The position numbers and the translations under genes are program-made. The notes under the pieces are model-generated. The model did not search any database, had not been told where the DNA came from, and saw only the letters and a list, made by a program, of their open reading frames with translations. Below are positions 62,378 to 64,000 of a DNA stretch of 64,000 nucleotides, in pieces. Each line of letters begins with the position of its first letter. Within the stretch, counting starts at the first letter, position 1. This stretch comes from Eimeria praecox (lineage: Eukaryota). The DNA is taken from contig OY986949.1 of assembly GCA_963920595.1 (NCBI GenBank), forward strand, positions 186,001 through 250,000. Reading direction: 5' to 3'.

Positions 62378-62694
62378 GACCGTATTTATGTTTCATTGGT
62401 TACCGTCTCTGGCCGTACTCTGATTGATTCAACCTTCTCCGCAGCGGGGTTAATGCCTTCAGCGCCAGTCGTGTATCCCAAATATATGAGTTCCCGCTTC
62501 GCAGACTTGCACTTGTCTAGCTTCAGGTAGAACTGGCGCTTGAGGAAAATACTTAGCACTTGTCGTAGGAGCGCAGCACGCCTGGGGAGATCGGGGCTAT
62601 AAATAAGCACATCATCAAGATACGCCATGATACCCTGGCCAAGTAATGATTGTAAATAGGCATTTATACTAGCGTAGAATGTAGCTCGAGCACC
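62378..62694 (-). mobile_element. pol: Ty3/Gypsy LTR-retrotransposon reverse transcriptase fragment, degenerate
   Basis: GARATFYASINAYLQSLLGQGIMAYLDDVLIYS...KLDKC...YLGY...GINP; YLDD catalytic motif; aligns codon-for-codon with the adjacent + strand copy. Confidence 0.93.
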
Positions 62695-62695
62695 T

Positions 62696-64000
62696 ACCAT
62701 GCCGTTCGGCCTGAAGGGTGCTCCCGCTGCGTTTCAAGCAAGCATAAATGCCTACTTATAACCCTTGTTAGGACATGGAATAACTGCATACCTTGATGAC
62801 GTTCTCATATGTTCAGCTGATCTTCCTACTTATGTTGTTCTCCTACGAAAGGTTTTTGGCACATTTCTCACCAATCAATTCAACTCGAAATTTCGCAAGT
62901 GCCAGTTCGCGCGCCAGGGACTCACGTGTTTGGGATATGCCATCACTGCAGAAGGGATTAAACCTGCAGCAGACAAGATCGACGCAATCTGAGTGTGGCC
63001 AGAGGTACTGGAGAATGAGACGCAAGTACGCCAATTCCGTGGTACTGTTAATTACTGTCGTATGTTTATGGCTCCTGATTATACAGACATTTCCCGTCCC
63101 CTGGTTACCCTGACTCGCAAAGGCACCCCCTTTCATTGGACCGGCGCGCACACCCAGGCGGTTCGCCACCTCAAGCAACGTCTCATTGACTACACCATCC
63201 TCCAGCTTCTAGGTACCTCTAGGCCTTTTGAGCTCTACACCGATGCCTCCGGCTACGCCATTGGTGGCGTACTCGAACAAGCTGGACAGCCAGTTGGGTT
63301 CCTCAGTCAGGCCATGACTCCCGTGCAGCAGAAATATTTGATCTACGACTAGGAACTGTTGGCCCTAGTCACAGCCTTCGACAAATGATCTCACCTACTT
63401 CGCGTTGCTAAGGTTACAGCATTCACCAGCCATCAAGCCCTTACCCACTTACGGAAGCTCCCGACGTCCAAGCCCTTGCGGGGACGCACCGCCCGGTTGT
63501 TAGATTTCCTCGCTCTGCTTCCTGATCTCACTATCACCTATCTACAGGGTGCACGTAACACGGTTGCCGATGCGTTGTCTCGTCTTCCTTGTCATTCCTC
63601 TTCACACTCGTTCCCCGTGCCTAGTCCATCTCCGTCTCCTCTCTCGGGGTCGTTCGCACCGCTTCTGTTAGCTCCTGCACACCCAGATCCAGCTCATCAC
63701 CCCAGGCGGACGCAAGTCAACTACCAGCAGCTGGCTGGTACTCGTCGTCGCACGCCTCGGACTCTCCCGCAGTCTCCTCCCTCTTCGCCCAAGGCCAACG
63801 GCTCTTCTCCTGGCGACACCGAGCCCTCCTCCATCCTCCCAGTGCAGCCCGCTGTTTCTGCAGCCTTGGATTGGCCGGCAGCTTATGCGAAGTGTCCCGT
63901 CTTCCGGGTTCCCTACAACACGGCGGTTCAGGCTGCCGGTGCAACCGCAGTCGTATCCTCGCCTTCCGATTTGTCACCCCTTTCCTCAGCGTCTGCATAC
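62696..64000 (+). mobile_element. pol: Ty3/Gypsy pol pseudogene: C-terminal RT, RNase H and linker; 5'-truncated, runs off the window
   Basis: A single frame from 62699 gives MPFGLKGAPAAFQ, YLDDVLI, KCQF, LYTDASGYAIGGVLEQ, Y..YD*ELLA and NTVADALSR. In-frame stops at 62759, 62990, 63350 and 63386. Confidence 0.96.

Noticed and set aside
62759..63388. All four pol stops are explicable as C>T or G>A changes, suggesting RIP-like mutation
   Set aside because: Transitions from CAA, CAG, CGA and TGG are the usual route to stop codons; four events do not indicate a targeted process.

Overview
Eukaryotic, gene-poor DNA, most likely from a coccidian apicomplexan such as Eimeria. This is inference from recurring TGCATGCA octamers, decayed Ty3/Gypsy pol fragments and an intron-containing transmembrane-protein gene. 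Bases 1-38814 are a tandem macrosatellite whose left end lies outside the window. It has ~7 kb units, and five of them carry a ~0.6-0.75 kb (TATATG)n tract. Each unit is itself six (sometimes seven) highly diverged ~1 kb monomers, so it is a higher-order repeat (HOR), with monomer-scale indels, junction deletions and patchwork conversion between copies. From ~39.9 to ~54.2 kb the same monomer family continues as unordered, much more diverged copies. A homogenised HOR core with a decayed monomeric flank resembles satellite centromere architecture, but a centromeric role is only a hypothesis. The right end holds a two-exon minus-strand membrane-protein gene or pseudogene (56888-56164) and two diverged Gypsy RT fragments joined back-to-back at the same RT motif (~62695). 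Almost all ORFs in the supplied track are judged non-coding. All alignments were done by eye and coordinates are approximate to a few bp.
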